Virus record (IMG/VR): IMGVR_UViG_3300037264_004862
Location: 1-64,000 of that record
DNA length: 64,000 bases
Source of the DNA: a virus
Direction: 5' to 3' (one strand)
Shown here: one piece after another, positions 38,032 through 49,108 of the stretch
How positions within the stretch are numbered: the stretch's first letter is position 1
Layout of the letters: the number at the start of each line of letters is the position of its first letter
The notes under the pieces: model-generated
Seen by the model: the letters and a program-made list of their open reading frames with translations, nothing else
Told to the model about the DNA's origin: nothing
Databases searched by the model: none
Made by a program: the position numbers and the translations under genes

Positions 38032-39875
38032 CGTTTGCTAAACAATCCGTTAAGAATATCACAACGCTCCTTTAAGTTAAATCTACTCTGAATATCGGCA
38101 AAATAGTTCTTATTATTTTTATGTAATACATCCCAACCTGGAGTACGGTCGTGCCATAAATGGACCATCGTAACGGTGCGACTTTCAGAAAATTTAGTGC
38201 ATTCTTTTATGCGTTGGTAAAATTCACAATCCTCGACTCCATATCCCACAAAGCGTTCATCAAATCCACCTATTTTGATATAGGCACTTTTATTGATAGC
38301 TAATGAGCCGCCTTCAAAATAATCTATAGCATTTTCACATTGCTTATTGTGAGCTAATGATTGTTGTTGGTTAACTTCATTAGTAGATGACAATGTCAAG
38401 TATAGTACTTGTTTGCCAATGTGGCAACTATCATAGTTATCCAAAATCTTTGATATTTTACTAGCGTACCAACCAGGAACTACTATATCGGCATCATGCA
38501 ACAATATTTTATCATATTTCGCTTTAGAGACGCCTACATTAAAAGCATGAGCTTTATTAAATGGTGTCGCCGGTGGTGCTCCAGCTAATTTATGCCTACA
38601 TGGATAAACCATCTCGTCAGCTATGCGCAAAATTTTGTCTTGTTCAATAACTAAGATATCAATATTTGGAAATCGTTGTGCTCTAATGTTGTTGATTACT
38701 GTAGGAATTGAAGATGTTCGAAGCGGTGACATCCTGCATGGAATTACGACTGATATAGATGGCACTTCAGAAGCATTAGTGGGCTGCACATATATTTTGT
38801 TTTCTGCTAAAATTTTACGATAAATCTCTTTACTTTTAATAAAATGTGCAGTCCTGTCTTCTACGGCTGATTCTTCATTCCAAATTTTAAAATATTTTTC
38901 AGAACCCATAACATCATGGTGCCCTGCTGTTTGAATTCCAGACTTAATAACTCGTTTAGACCAATCGACATGTTCCGTACCATATATACCAAAGCGCTCG
39001 TCGAAGTAACCTACAGTCTCAAAAGCCAATTCATCAAAAGCCATAACGGAACCTTGCGGTTTGTCTTGAATTGTTTTAATATGAAGGCCTTTATGGTCAC
39101 TTTGAGCCTCATCGTGTCCTGTTGCCCCATAAATCCCAAGTTGCCTAAAACAGAAATGGTGCATCTTTGATCTGCGCATGGCATCAAAATAGAATGAGTC
39201 CCAACCTTTGCTTAATATTTCAACATCATCATTCAATAATAATTTATACTTAAATCGTGATAGACATCTTAGTAATCTGTTTGAGTTTCCGGCAATGCCT
39301 AATCTCTGATTGTTCAATAAGTATACAACATCAGTCTGTTGACTCAGCCATTCTTTGACATCGGCTGAAGTAGATTCGTCACTTATGAAAACAGTTGTAC
39401 GGTGTAAGTTAGTGTATTTGCGGATTGAATTTACTAATCGTTGAATACTACCTAGCCTATTGTAGCTCAATATGCCAATGCCAATACCATTTGAGATAGG
39501 ATAAATGTCATCTTCAATGGCTTGTTGGAATATCTTAGTGGCATTGCCACTAGCTTTATGTCCTACTGGTTTACCAGGTGTTCTAATTGATCGGTTAATA
39601 AGCCCTGCTCTCCGTACGCCTAATCTTGGTACTGTAAGGTGAGCTTTTCGAGCTGGCAATACTCGACTAGGTGTAGCCACAGCTATTTGTACACCTACTG
39701 CTTCTGATGCATTAAGATACCTTATAACTTTTAGGTATTTGGGGGTATATTTGGCTATAAACCAATCAGACAAGACGACGCGACTGTATCTTGGCACTCT
39801 TATTGGTTTTTTGTCCGGACCTATTAATTGAACCGCGAAGGGATTGGGGTTGAGATATTCGACAAGTTTTGCCAT
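38016..39875 (-). CDS. two-domain GT-A glycosyltransferase (GT2 + GT7-like C-terminus)
   Basis: LSYNR, LLNDDV, GYFDERFG.YG.EH; FNKA..FN.G, HDADI, GGFDERFVGYGVEDCEF. Confidence 0.85.
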   Translation of the reverse strand: MAKLVEYLNPNPFAVQLIGPDKKPIRVPRYSRVVLSDWFIAKYTPKYLKVIRYLNASEAVGVQIAVATPSRVLPARKAHLTVPRLGVRRAGLINRSIRTPGKPVGHKASGNATKIFQQAIEDDIYPISNGIGIGILSYNRLGSIQRLVNSIRKYTNLHRTTVFISDESTSADVKEWLSQQTDVVYLLNNQRLGIAGNSNRLLRCLSRFKYKLLLNDDVEILSKGWDSFYFDAMRRSKMHHFCFRQLGIYGATGHDEAQSDHKGLHIKTIQDKPQGSVMAFDELAFETVGYFDERFGIYGTEHVDWSKRVIKSGIQTAGHHDVMGSEKYFKIWNEESAVEDRTAHFIKSKEIYRKILAENKIYVQPTNASEVPSISVVIPCRMSPLRTSSIPTVINNIRAQRFPNIDILVIEQDKILRIADEMVYPCRHKLAGAPPATPFNKAHAFNVGVSKAKYDKILLHDADIVVPGWYASKISKILDNYDSCHIGKQVLYLTLSSTNEVNQQQSLAHNKQCENAIDYFEGGSLAINKSAYIKIGGFDERFVGYGVEDCEFYQRIKECTKFSESRTVTMVHLWHDRTPGWDVLHKNNKNYFADIQSRFNLKERCDILNGLFSKRYSFK

Positions 39876-40236
39876 TTATATTATGTGGACAATATCCATA
39901 CACTCCAATTGATGAATTGCAGTTCCAGCACAATAATCTATGTCTATCTTTTGGATAACCATTTCTTCTTAAATGCCTATAAATGCCAGAGCCTGCACCG
40001 TATTTTTTACGTTCTTCAGCACCATCACCAAATATGTGGTCTATCGTAAGAAATTCGATTTCATCTTCTTTACAACATACACATTTACCACCATATGCAT
40101 CGATTGTTTCGAATTTAACTTTCCATTTTTTAACGCATAGCTTACACCATGAATTAAATCCAGATTTGCGACTAGAGCGTTTATGAAATTGATTAGTTGA
40201 TTGGTTTGAACCACATTTAGAACATTGTCTAATCAT
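39766..40236 (-). CDS. HNH endonuclease
   Basis: CVCC...LTIDHI...LLCWNCN; same family as 26608-27306. Confidence 0.8.
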   Translation of the reverse strand: MIRQCSKCGSNQSTNQFHKRSSRKSGFNSWCKLCVKKWKVKFETIDAYGGKCVCCKEDEIEFLTIDHIFGDGAEERKKYGAGSGIYRHLRRNGYPKDRHRLLCWNCNSSIGVYGYCPHNINGKTCRISQPQSLRGSINRSGQKTNKSAKIQSRRLV

Positions 40237-40850
40237 TTAATTCTTACTTTAGTTGGCTTTAGTTGTTTTGGTTTTAATTTAGTGACCACTTTTAAAGGTG
40301 GTTTAGTTGCTTGGCCATTTAATATAACCTTCGCAATTTTCTGAGCGGATAATACTAACCCTGTTTTAATGAGATCATTTTTATTTTTAATGAAGAAAAA
40401 TTTAGAACTTAAATCTTTAAGCTTAGGTATTGAATCAAGAAAATCCTTGCCATAGCCTTTAATAACATCTTGTGGTGGCCACTTTATCCCTGCACGTTGC
40501 TTACATTCAGAAAGAGCAGCGCCGACAAACACATACACCACGTCATGTTTATGAACTTTGGCATCAATAAAATGTGGTATCATTGATGATGCTTTAGCAG
40601 CACAAGTGTCGAATATCACTAAAGTTGAATTAGATTCCTTTGTTGCGTCCGTAAGCATGGTCTGACCTACTTCCCAAGCTGCTATGCGTGCTTGTTTTTG
40701 GTCGTCTGGCGGCATTGTTTCATATTCTGGCGGCCGTAATGAAGTAGGATCAATATTAATCACTTTGTGGTCATTAAAGTTAGTCATTAAAGCCTGAACA
40801 AAAGTGCTCTTACCTGACCATGGGTAGCCTGCAGTGAAAAGGACCGTCAT
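40233..40850 (-). CDS. P-loop kinase (AAA_33/PNK-like)
   Basis: GYPWSGKST Walker A; VIFDT. Confidence 0.75.
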   Translation of the reverse strand: MTVLFTAGYPWSGKSTFVQALMTNFNDHKVINIDPTSLRPPEYETMPPDDQKQARIAAWEVGQTMLTDATKESNSTLVIFDTCAAKASSMIPHFIDAKVHKHDVVYVFVGAALSECKQRAGIKWPPQDVIKGYGKDFLDSIPKLKDLSSKFFFIKNKNDLIKTGLVLSAQKIAKVILNGQATKPPLKVVTKLKPKQLKPTKVRIK

Positions 40851-40865
40851 GATTTTACTTACTAT

Positions 40866-41531
40866 TTAGCGCTGTACGACGTATTGCAAATACCAGCGCC
40901 GCTTTTTACGAGGCAAGACTTCGGAATCAGCTTTGCGCTGGCCACCTAATACAGCTGGTCTCATTGCGATAGCCCCAGTTGACACTGAATCTAACAATAA
41001 CTTATCAAATGCGTAGGCTACATCAGTAATTGATTCCGAAATAGGTGGTTTAAAATGGCTCCCGACATGTTTTTCTAATATAGTAACATTTTTATAGATT
41101 TGATAACTAATATTTAAAAAATTTGCTGATTCTTCTAACATCTGGGTGAAATCTCCGCTATCAGTCCATCCACGGATAGCATCACCAAGTTTATATGCCA
41201 TGTAGTTAATGCTCAGATCACTAACTGGCATAATTTCGTGCTCAGCAAGCTCAACGGGCTCAGCATTGGGCACATTTGCTACAGCGCTAATCAGAGCGTC
41301 TATATCTATCGCAGCATTCAATAACGCTTCAACGCTCTCATTTAGTACTATAAGGGTTGTTTGGCCATTAATAAAATCATATAGAGTTGCATTGAGTTTG
41401 ATAGATGGGATCATAAATCCATCTTGAGAATTTTTAGCAGATTTATTGATTAATAAATTAACGGCTTCACCAATTGACAATATGTGTGACTCTGGTTGGC
41501 TTATACTATTAGCAATGCGTTCTATGTTCAT
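40866..41531 (-). CDS. hypothetical protein
   Basis: 221-aa ORF with ATGA coupling. Confidence 0.65.
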   Translation of the reverse strand: MNIERIANSISQPESHILSIGEAVNLLINKSAKNSQDGFMIPSIKLNATLYDFINGQTTLIVLNESVEALLNAAIDIDALISAVANVPNAEPVELAEHEIMPVSDLSINYMAYKLGDAIRGWTDSGDFTQMLEESANFLNISYQIYKNVTILEKHVGSHFKPPISESITDVAYAFDKLLLDSVSTGAIAMRPAVLGGQRKADSEVLPRKKRRWYLQYVVQR

Positions 41532-42061
41532 TGTCCTAAACCAAGCCAGGTGGCCATTTCTTGTTTGGCTTCAGGCGAATTAGTTGAACTACGAGCGATG
41601 TGTTCTTTAGTCTTGCCTATAATAGTGACTAATTCTTGTTTAAGGTAATCAAGCTTCTTAGCTAAAGTAAAATCACTATATTCTTGTTGGATAGTAAACC
41701 TAGCAGCCTCAAGGTCGGCAGCGGCCCTTTGCAATTTCTCAACGGCTTTCAAAGCCGAGCGTACTCGTTCAGCATCTGAAGTGCCCATGGTGCCGTCTTC
41801 TTGGCCATCTCCTGACATTTCCGCATTCAAGGCAGGTTCTAGGGCCGGTGTTTGTTTCACAGGCGCAGAAGAAGCATCTCCAGCCATAGGGGCTGTTTTA
41901 AGTGTTTCTTCTTGCTCTTTTAAGAGTCGGCGCTGGGCAGATGTTAATTGTGCTATCATTGCTTAATTTATTTTTGCGCATCTCTTTGTATATTTCACCA
42001 TAAAGCCAAGACATCAATATGCCAGATATTAATCCAAGCCCATACCACATAGCATATATCA

Positions 42062-42640
42062 TTATCTTACCTTAGCATACATAGGATACATCATTAATTT
42101 AGGTGTATTGCCTCTAGTGACAGTTTTAAATACTGATGTTTTTAATATAAGACCGCCCTTATAGGTACCAGTACCTTTCTTAATGGCCTCGATAGTCTCT
42201 GAGTTTAATTGGATGGTTTTTAAAACTTCTTGAGTGTCTATAATTTTCCCATATAAATCACGAAGCATGCCTGGGCCAGCGAATTTATTTAGTGATACAC
42301 GCACGTCTACCAAACGCATCGCATCATTTTCAATAACTACATAATAAATGGCTTGAGGGATTCTAGCAGTTGTCATCAATCCTACGAACTTAGCTGAATA
42401 CTTTTCCATAAATAGTTTGATATGTTTATTGTTAGTAGGGTTGGCTATTTTACCTGCGAAATCTCCAAATTTGAAGTAGACATACTCATCTTTACGATAA
42501 ATCAGGATAGTGAGTCCTTTATTGGGATATGATTTTATCACGTATACAAATTGATCGATGATCTCTGGGAGCAAATCAAATTTTTGGATCTCAGGGTATG
42601 CTAATATAGCCGGAAGTGTCGGTAAGGTCATATATACCAA
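42062..42640 (-). CDS. hypothetical protein
   Basis: 192-aa ORF in a coupled operon. Confidence 0.65.
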   Translation of the reverse strand: MVYMTLPTLPAILAYPEIQKFDLLPEIIDQFVYVIKSYPNKGLTILIYRKDEYVYFKFGDFAGKIANPTNNKHIKLFMEKYSAKFVGLMTTARIPQAIYYVVIENDAMRLVDVRVSLNKFAGPGMLRDLYGKIIDTQEVLKTIQLNSETIEAIKKGTGTYKGGLILKTSVFKTVTRGNTPKLMMYPMYAKVR

Positions 42641-43260
42641 ATTTGAGTATTCGCAATATTTTGAAGTACAGCATATTTACCTGCCCTAGACTGACGAATA
42701 GATGATGTACTCATTTTCTTCGTGTTTTTCTCAAAATCTAATTCATCCATTGCCAGTAATAAAACTGGCAATCCTGCCTGCACTACTGACAGGACTCCAC
42801 CATCTATGGCATTAATTAATCCAAATGAATGGGTGAACCACCCATGACAAATTATCATATCACCTAATTGTGGCTCCCACTTCAACAATGGTTTATATTG
42901 AGCCAATTGGACTGTTATGTTTTTCATTAGCTAATCTTGTCCAACTTTTGGGTCCATGGATCAAATTCGTATTGGCCATCAGACAAGCTCCATGTTACTT
43001 TAAGTCCGTTACGCTTACCATCTAAGCGGCGATCAATAAGAGTATCAACCCATGAATATCTGTGGCCGCCCTTAGGACGAGCTGGCGGAAACCCACCATA
43101 ATCTATGTCTTTTACGCTATCACTCTTTGTAATAAACTCGTCCTGGCGCTTAACGATATCCATCCCTTCTATAAGAAGTTTACGGATAGTAGTTTCAGCC
43201 ATGAATGGCTCGAGAGCTTTCACAAGTTGGTCGTGGCTTTTAACTACTACCTTCTCGAGC

Positions 43261-43623
43261 TCATTTAAGTCCTTCTTGGTCATTGTGGTCACCTATTTTA
43301 TGTAAAACACATGTCCATGGATGGCGGCTAAACCATCTAGACATTAATTCATGAAACCAATTTGCCAATCTATGTACCGCGAAAGTTTTTATAACTATAT
43401 CAGCCCACCAATACCCTGTTAATGAAAGTGGTACTGACCACGCTAATGCCGCAGATACCCAAACAGAACAACAATACCCGCATGTTATTAGTCTTGATAC
43501 AAGATTTAATATGATATTGTTTTGACGGGAGAACCAACCTCTACATTCAAGCAATAGATCACTTGCCACTATAATCTCAGTAATCGCCTCTACTGCTAAT
43601 ATTATAAACAAAAGTGTAATCAT
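43261..43623 (-). CDS. DUF1360-family membrane protein
   Basis: LITCGYCCSVWV in a hydrophobic protein. Confidence 0.7.
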   Translation of the reverse strand: MITLLFIILAVEAITEIIVASDLLLECRGWFSRQNNIILNLVSRLITCGYCCSVWVSAALAWSVPLSLTGYWWADIVIKTFAVHRLANWFHELMSRWFSRHPWTCVLHKIGDHNDQEGLK

Positions 43624-43796
43624 ATGGATACGTACCTACATTCTCTGTTTATACATGCCGAGCTTACTATATATTGTTTGGTTTTAGTACTATAACTTTT
43701 GACGGTTCTAGTAGGCCAACTACATTTTAAGCATCGCTTCTGATTTGGTGGATATCGATTTTTGCCACTACCACAGCCACCACAATCTTTCGCCAT
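43620..43796 (-). CDS. small Zn-ribbon protein (not in ORF track)
   Basis: MAKDCGGCG...CLKCSW...CINRECRY. Confidence 0.6.
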   Translation of the reverse strand: MAKDCGGCGSGKNRYPPNQKRCLKCSWPTRTVKSYSTKTKQYIVSSACINRECRYVSI

Positions 43797-43799
43797 GCA

Positions 43800-43973
43800 T
43801 TATTTAGACTTGGAGTACTTACAAGATGCATTAGTACAAACTAACATTGTCTCATTTTTACGTGTCTTGAGATTATATTTTACCACCGATCGCATATACC
43901 AATTACATTTAGGGCATGATGTACCATTATGTGCAGTTCTTAACGTACCCTTCTTATTGCACCCACATCCCAT
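43800..43973 (-). CDS. small Zn-ribbon protein, tandem paralog of 43620-43796 (not in ORF track)
   Basis: MGCGC...CPKCNW...CTNASCKY. Confidence 0.6.
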   Translation of the reverse strand: MGCGCNKKGTLRTAHNGTSCPKCNWYMRSVVKYNLKTRKNETMLVCTNASCKYSKSK

Positions 43974-44500
43974 TATTTTAGCCTTTTGCGCAATAACTCA
44001 ATTTGATGTTTGAAACTATTTGGATAAGGTAGAATTTCCAGCTTCTTCTTTGTGAAACGCTTTAAGCCTTTGCGAATGATTGTTAAGTCTTGGCATTTAT
44101 TAAGCTTAGTAATAATGTTTTGTTCTTCTTTAAGTCTCCGATTAATCCATTCTATATTGGTTTTTTTGCGGTGGCATTCGTTGCACGACTTTTGCAAATT
44201 AGATTTATCACACCACATTCGCCTAAAATAAGTATTAAAATCAACAAACCCAACTTTAGGGTCTACTACAGGTTGAATATGATCTATTACAACTTTAGAA
44301 CCTTTGGTGGAACGTTTCCATTCACCACAAATATTACATAGGTGCTCATTTGCGTCAACTTTATGTCGTGAACCATCTTTATTATAACGAGAAACTTTGC
44401 GTCTATTTTCTTTCATTAACTCTACCACCATTGGTGAGCGCGAAAAGGCACGCCGCCAAGCTTGTCGGGCAGCCATTATCGGATCGTAGTTTCTAGGCAT
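43973..44500 (-). CDS. HNH endonuclease
   Basis: CNIC...IDHIQPVV...NLQKSCNECHRKKT. Confidence 0.8.
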   Translation of the reverse strand: MPRNYDPIMAARQAWRRAFSRSPMVVELMKENRRKVSRYNKDGSRHKVDANEHLCNICGEWKRSTKGSKVVIDHIQPVVDPKVGFVDFNTYFRRMWCDKSNLQKSCNECHRKKTNIEWINRRLKEEQNIITKLNKCQDLTIIRKGLKRFTKKKLEILPYPNSFKHQIELLRKRLK

Positions 44501-44874
44501 TATATTGGTGCTTTAATATTACAAAAGACTGGTATTTCAAAGACTCGTCCTTTATAAGCTACTAATATTTTAACTTTCAATATTTTGCCATGCAATCCTT
44601 CAGGAAACATGCCTTCAAGGTGGATGTTGTTTTTAGCGTTAATACAAATGTTATCTACTGATCCGTCTTTAAAATAAGTAGTAACACTTATGATAACTGC
44701 CTCTGCTTCCTTGAATTTGATATGCAAATGTCTACGATTAGGGTTTTCTTCCCAGATTGGCTGGTGGCTACACCAAGCATAAACTTCCGGTTCCCAAATA
44801 GTCTGGGCGACATTAGTACAAGGTGCACTAAAGCAACCCGCCACTAGGAGGAGCGCTATGATAAACGATCTCAT
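44500..44874 (-). CDS. putative lipoprotein
   Basis: Signal peptide with lipobox LVAGC. Confidence 0.6.
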   Translation of the reverse strand: MRSFIIALLLVAGCFSAPCTNVAQTIWEPEVYAWCSHQPIWEENPNRRHLHIKFKEAEAVIISVTTYFKDGSVDNICINAKNNIHLEGMFPEGLHGKILKVKILVAYKGRVFEIPVFCNIKAPI

Positions 44875-45139
44875 AATAAGACTTTTCCGGCAATATTTAG
44901 AATAATACCGGCGTACATTTCAATGTTAGCAAGAATTTGAGCCTTTTTATCGTTGTCGCTGGCCGTGCTTCGAACAATCTGTATTAGACCCAAAAGTTTA
45001 TTCTTGTCTTCTATAGTTGGGGCAATCTTCTGGAGTTCCGTCACTGTCAACTTAGTGAGCGAGGCTATCTTATCTTTAAGCTGTTCATTTGTATTCTTTT
45101 CAGCTTCGTTTAAGACATCATCAAATTCGTCGTCAGTCA

Positions 45140-45730
45140 TCAATCACCAAGCGCTTTCTGTAACGCTCCGTTAAGCATATTATTAACGTCAGTTACGCTA
45201 CCCATCAGTTTATTCTCAAGATCCTTCGATTGTACACCAAATTGAGATGTAAAATCGTTGATCAGCTTACTTCTAGTATTTTCTACGCCAGCCGCAGACC
45301 TTATAAGATTGGTCACTTCTGTATTGGCCTGTTCCATTAATGCATAATAATCTTCAAGAGATTTTAAAACAGTTTGCTTGTTGGTCCAAACCGCCTTCAG
45401 CCATCCCATGCGAGCACTCATAATTCTATTAATAGCAGCATCGTACTGAGCTGGTGTCAAATCAGTGAAGTTTGGGTCTTTCTGTTTCATAATCTTACGA
45501 ACATTATCCATGAAAGCTGGTTTATATTCGTTAATGGCGAACTTGTCGACTTGTAGAGCAAGGCTATCAAAATGTTGGTCAACCATGCTAATATGTGCGG
45601 CCTTAGCTTTGGATATCATTTGACCCAAGGTTTTTGAAAGCTCTATGGCTTCCGGTGGAATAGTTACGCAGCTGGTCATCGCCGCCGTGATGGCGATGAC
45701 CAGCATGCTTAGTTTTTTAAATCTATTCAC
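45140..45730 (-). CDS. putative helical lipoprotein
   Basis: Lipobox-like MTSC after a hydrophobic stretch. Confidence 0.65.
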   Translation of the reverse strand: MNRFKKLSMLVIAITAAMTSCVTIPPEAIELSKTLGQMISKAKAAHISMVDQHFDSLALQVDKFAINEYKPAFMDNVRKIMKQKDPNFTDLTPAQYDAAINRIMSARMGWLKAVWTNKQTVLKSLEDYYALMEQANTEVTNLIRSAAGVENTRSKLINDFTSQFGVQSKDLENKLMGSVTDVNNMLNGALQKALGD

Positions 45731-46291
45731 TTAGTTTTTTGGCCAAACCAAAGTCTGTTTTGGTTGAACCTTCGCCCATTCAACGGCACTCTTTGAAGCA
45801 CTACCAGTTGGAGTAGGAACAGGAACAGATGCCATTCCGGCTTCTGCACCATCCGCTAAACCATTAAATAACGCAAGTAGAGCGCCTTTAGTACGTGAGT
45901 CGAGCTTCGCTGCAGGATTCTCAGGCAAGTTAATCTGACCGGCGGCAACATTAATAGTCAATCTCAAGATGTCAACCATAGTAGAAGACAATTGACTCGC
46001 AGCATTTTCAAGAATTGCATCAACAGTACTGCGCAGAACTTCTACGGTTGTAGAAGAGAAAAGTGGAACCACATTCTCTCTGATCAATTTAATGGCCAAT
46101 TGAGCATCTGCTCTAATCGTAGCGTCATCAGCTGGGACCTTTTCTAACGCAACTTTTAGAGCGACCTTCGCCGTGCGTTTTGAGCCATTATAGATAGTAT
46201 TCGCCAAGTCTTCATCTGACATGTTCCTTAACAAGGAACAACCACCTAGCGTCATACAAAACGCCAGTGCTAGAAATGCGGCTAATTTCAT
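45731..46291 (-). CDS. putative lipoprotein
   Basis: GGAGG RBS; lipobox LGGC. Confidence 0.7.
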   Translation of the reverse strand: MKLAAFLALAFCMTLGGCSLLRNMSDEDLANTIYNGSKRTAKVALKVALEKVPADDATIRADAQLAIKLIRENVVPLFSSTTVEVLRSTVDAILENAASQLSSTMVDILRLTINVAAGQINLPENPAAKLDSRTKGALLALFNGLADGAEAGMASVPVPTPTGSASKSAVEWAKVQPKQTLVWPKN

Positions 46292-46303
46292 ATTACCTCC
46301 AAA

Positions 46304-47188
46304 TTATTGTAAATTTTTAAATGGCAGTGACAAATTATCAATGTCTGCCATTAATCCGCGTAGTTTATATTTAAATATTACTGATTTAACTATTCCTATA
46401 TTAAATGATATTGGTACTAATTGTTGGGATGTAATGTAGTCTACATTCTCTTGTAAATGAGGGTTCATACCAAGATCGATGATTTGTTTATTGCGCTCAA
46501 AGATGGTGTCACCTACTAATTGTTTTTGGCCATCTTGCATGATAAACGCTTTATCGGACGCAAAGAATTCAGCCCTAATTTTTTCATCCAAGATTAACGG
46601 CTTGACTTTAACCTTACCAACACCATAATATCCTCCAATATTATCAGATTTATCACCAGTTAACGCTTTAACCAAGATCGGATCAAGGCTTGGAGTATCT
46701 TCAAACCCAAGTTTCTTAGATAAGGGGTTATATATTTTAATATGAGAGTGTCTGAAAGTGATCTGTTTAAAATCTCCGTCACCAGACAAAATAATCGACT
46801 CAGCATTGATGTTATTCTTAATAAAAGCATAAATTAGATCATCTGCTTCCTGGTTGTGATTAAAGTATTGTCTAACATTAAGGTACCTTAAAGTTTCAAT
46901 GGCAATAATCATTTGACGACGTAATTCGGCTGGAACATCAAATCCACGATCAATATATTGGTCTTTTCGTTGCGCTTTATATTCATGGTATATTGTTTTA
47001 CGCCAAGACCTCTTAGCGTCCCAGAATATATGAACTGATTTCGGTCTGAATTTGTTTATATAATTATTGATAAAACGTAGGAATATCAAGAAATAATCGT
47101 GGCCGAGCTGTTTAAATCTAGGATCTACAAAACCAGCAAATACGCTACGATAAAGACTATTTTTCCCATCGATTAACAAGTTATCCAT
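46304..47188 (-). CDS. 5'-3' exonuclease / flap endonuclease (T4 RNase H-like)
   Basis: LLIDG, YKAQR, EADD, SGDGDF, GDKSDNI.G..GVG. Confidence 0.9.
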   Translation of the reverse strand: MDNLLIDGKNSLYRSVFAGFVDPRFKQLGHDYFLIFLRFINNYINKFRPKSVHIFWDAKRSWRKTIYHEYKAQRKDQYIDRGFDVPAELRRQMIIAIETLRYLNVRQYFNHNQEADDLIYAFIKNNINAESIILSGDGDFKQITFRHSHIKIYNPLSKKLGFEDTPSLDPILVKALTGDKSDNIGGYYGVGKVKVKPLILDEKIRAEFFASDKAFIMQDGQKQLVGDTIFERNKQIIDLGMNPHLQENVDYITSQQLVPISFNIGIVKSVIFKYKLRGLMADIDNLSLPFKNLQ

Positions 47189-47237
47189 GGTTAATGTCGT
47201 TCTTATATCTTCAAGGCCTCAAGAACCTATTTACAGA

Positions 47238-47270
47238 ACGACCCGGTAGTTTCTTAGGCTACCGGGTCGT
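47238..47270 (-). terminator. hairpin terminator after the SSB gene
   Basis: 12-bp inverted repeat ACGACCCGGTAG/CTACCGGGTCGT. Confidence 0.65.
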
Positions 47271-47275
47271 CAAAA

Positions 47276-48322
47276 TTAGTTACCCTTGCGAATATCGTCC
47301 AGTAATTTATTCAGCTCATCATCAGAATCATTAGAAACTGGTGTCGGAGCTTGTGTCACTGGCTTCTCGACAAAGGTAGCAGATGTTGCCTTAACGGCCG
47401 GTTTTGTTACTGGCTTGGCAGCCGTAGCAGTTGATGTTGCGGATTTACCCGCAACATGAACAACCTTGACATCACTAGGTTCTTCAATGAGAGTTGTCGC
47501 GGAGCCATCAACTAACTTATCCTCGGCGGGAGCTGGCTTACGCTGAACTTCACCACTAAGCACTTCGCGGGCGCGCTCTGCAAGCTTTGCAGCATCGCGA
47601 GGCGCGAACTTAGTGAACAGATCATGACGTTGATTGAGTATTTCAGCAATCTTCGTGTCATCTGGTTCATTACCCTTCTTGATCATTGGCCCCTTAGATG
47701 CAGGAAGGAATTTGGATGACTTATAATCATTGTAATCACCTTGATGCTTCACTTCCAGCTGGAAAGTATAAGCATCATTTGGATCATAGAACAAGCCATA
47801 CGCCTGAGGGTCTTGCTCATCGTTGGAAGCATCACGCATAATGGTGCTTTCCATGATGTCGTAAACCGTCTTCTGTAAGGCATACCACATCACTTTCCCA
47901 CGGAGCTCCACAGGGGTGCTCTCGAATGGTGGGAAATAGATATTAACAGCCCATGACTGCTTGGGGAAGTACGTCTTAATGATGTTCTTTCTTGTATCCT
48001 CGTCATCAGTGTCCTTCAATAGATCAAAACCTAATTGACAGAAGGCACATTCTTTACCGTCATGGATGCGGGGACATTCATAGGGCTTCTGATTGATCCA
48101 GTGAGTACCAGCCATGACATACCATAGGTCCATGGTCCGTGACGCTTGGCCACTAGCACATTGGTCGTCGACCTGAAGAGGAGGTAGCACATAGAACTTC
48201 AGTTTAAAGGTTTCATTTTCTTTAACCTGAGGTGGAATGTACTGCATTGGGTCGCGTGCGCGACCGCCCTTCTTTTCCCGCATCTTGCGGCGTACTTCTT
48301 CTAGCGCGGCATTTCGATCCAT
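47276..48322 (-). CDS. gp32-like single-stranded DNA-binding protein
   Basis: HW...CP...C..C Zn site, F.DP, Y..SKF, acidic tail DSDDELNKLLDD. Confidence 0.8.
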   Translation of the reverse strand: MDRNAALEEVRRKMREKKGGRARDPMQYIPPQVKENETFKLKFYVLPPLQVDDQCASGQASRTMDLWYVMAGTHWINQKPYECPRIHDGKECAFCQLGFDLLKDTDDEDTRKNIIKTYFPKQSWAVNIYFPPFESTPVELRGKVMWYALQKTVYDIMESTIMRDASNDEQDPQAYGLFYDPNDAYTFQLEVKHQGDYNDYKSSKFLPASKGPMIKKGNEPDDTKIAEILNQRHDLFTKFAPRDAAKLAERAREVLSGEVQRKPAPAEDKLVDGSATTLIEEPSDVKVVHVAGKSATSTATAAKPVTKPAVKATSATFVEKPVTQAPTPVSNDSDDELNKLLDDIRKGN

Positions 48323-48382
48323 AACAATTCACCTTTCAAAAAAATGCACCAATCATACACAATGATCGCGGCGCAATAATAT

Positions 48383-48865
48383 TTACAAGTCGGAATCTCT
48401 AAGTTCTTGTTTTTTAAATCCCGCTAGTGATCGTAGATGCTCAGATTTCATTCTGATGGCATCGACGGCGGCATAGACCTTGCTAACGGTTCTTTCCGCC
48501 CCAATTAGCTTTGATTCTAGAGCTAATATGTTTTCATCACTATCTAGTAATATTTCAATGTCTGAAGCACGCAATTTCACAGCATCATTCTTAGATGCTT
48601 CATATAATTCTCTGGCTAGTTTAGCGCGACGATATTTAACCGTCCGCTCGAGGGTTGCAACTTGCTTCTTCGCTTCTGCAAGCATAGATGAATAAAATAA
48701 AAAGGCAGCTGGGGTCTCATCAAGCTGGTGCTCAAGCTGGTCATAATTGATAATTACATCGGGTCGCATATCGCGCTCAATGACATTTTCGCCATCAGTA
48801 AACTTAATCCTCAGGAGTTGTTTGGCAATATCGTCGCCAATGTTGTTATCTTCAAACCAGGACAT
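48383..48865 (-). CDS. UvsY-like recombination mediator
   Basis: Helical coiled coil ending AIRMKSEHLRSL, located beside SSB. Confidence 0.6.
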   Translation of the reverse strand: MSWFEDNNIGDDIAKQLLRIKFTDGENVIERDMRPDVIINYDQLEHQLDETPAAFLFYSSMLAEAKKQVATLERTVKYRRAKLARELYEASKNDAVKLRASDIEILLDSDENILALESKLIGAERTVSKVYAAVDAIRMKSEHLRSLAGFKKQELRDSDL

Positions 48866-49108
48866 TTTTTTCCTCTAAAATTGAGAACATCCAAGCACCA
48901 TTAATAAGTTTAGCTCTAACCCAAATAAGTACCGTCTCAGGGCTTTCATTGCTAAAAATACTTACTGCAATTGTCTTTTTTGAGGGGCCATTTAAACTAA
49001 GCTTATCCATAATTCTGTCGATTGAATAGATATTCTTTGAATGAATCCAATCGCCTCTACATGATTCGAGTTCGATAAGATTCAACCAGTGAATACCGCT
49101 GTCGTCGG

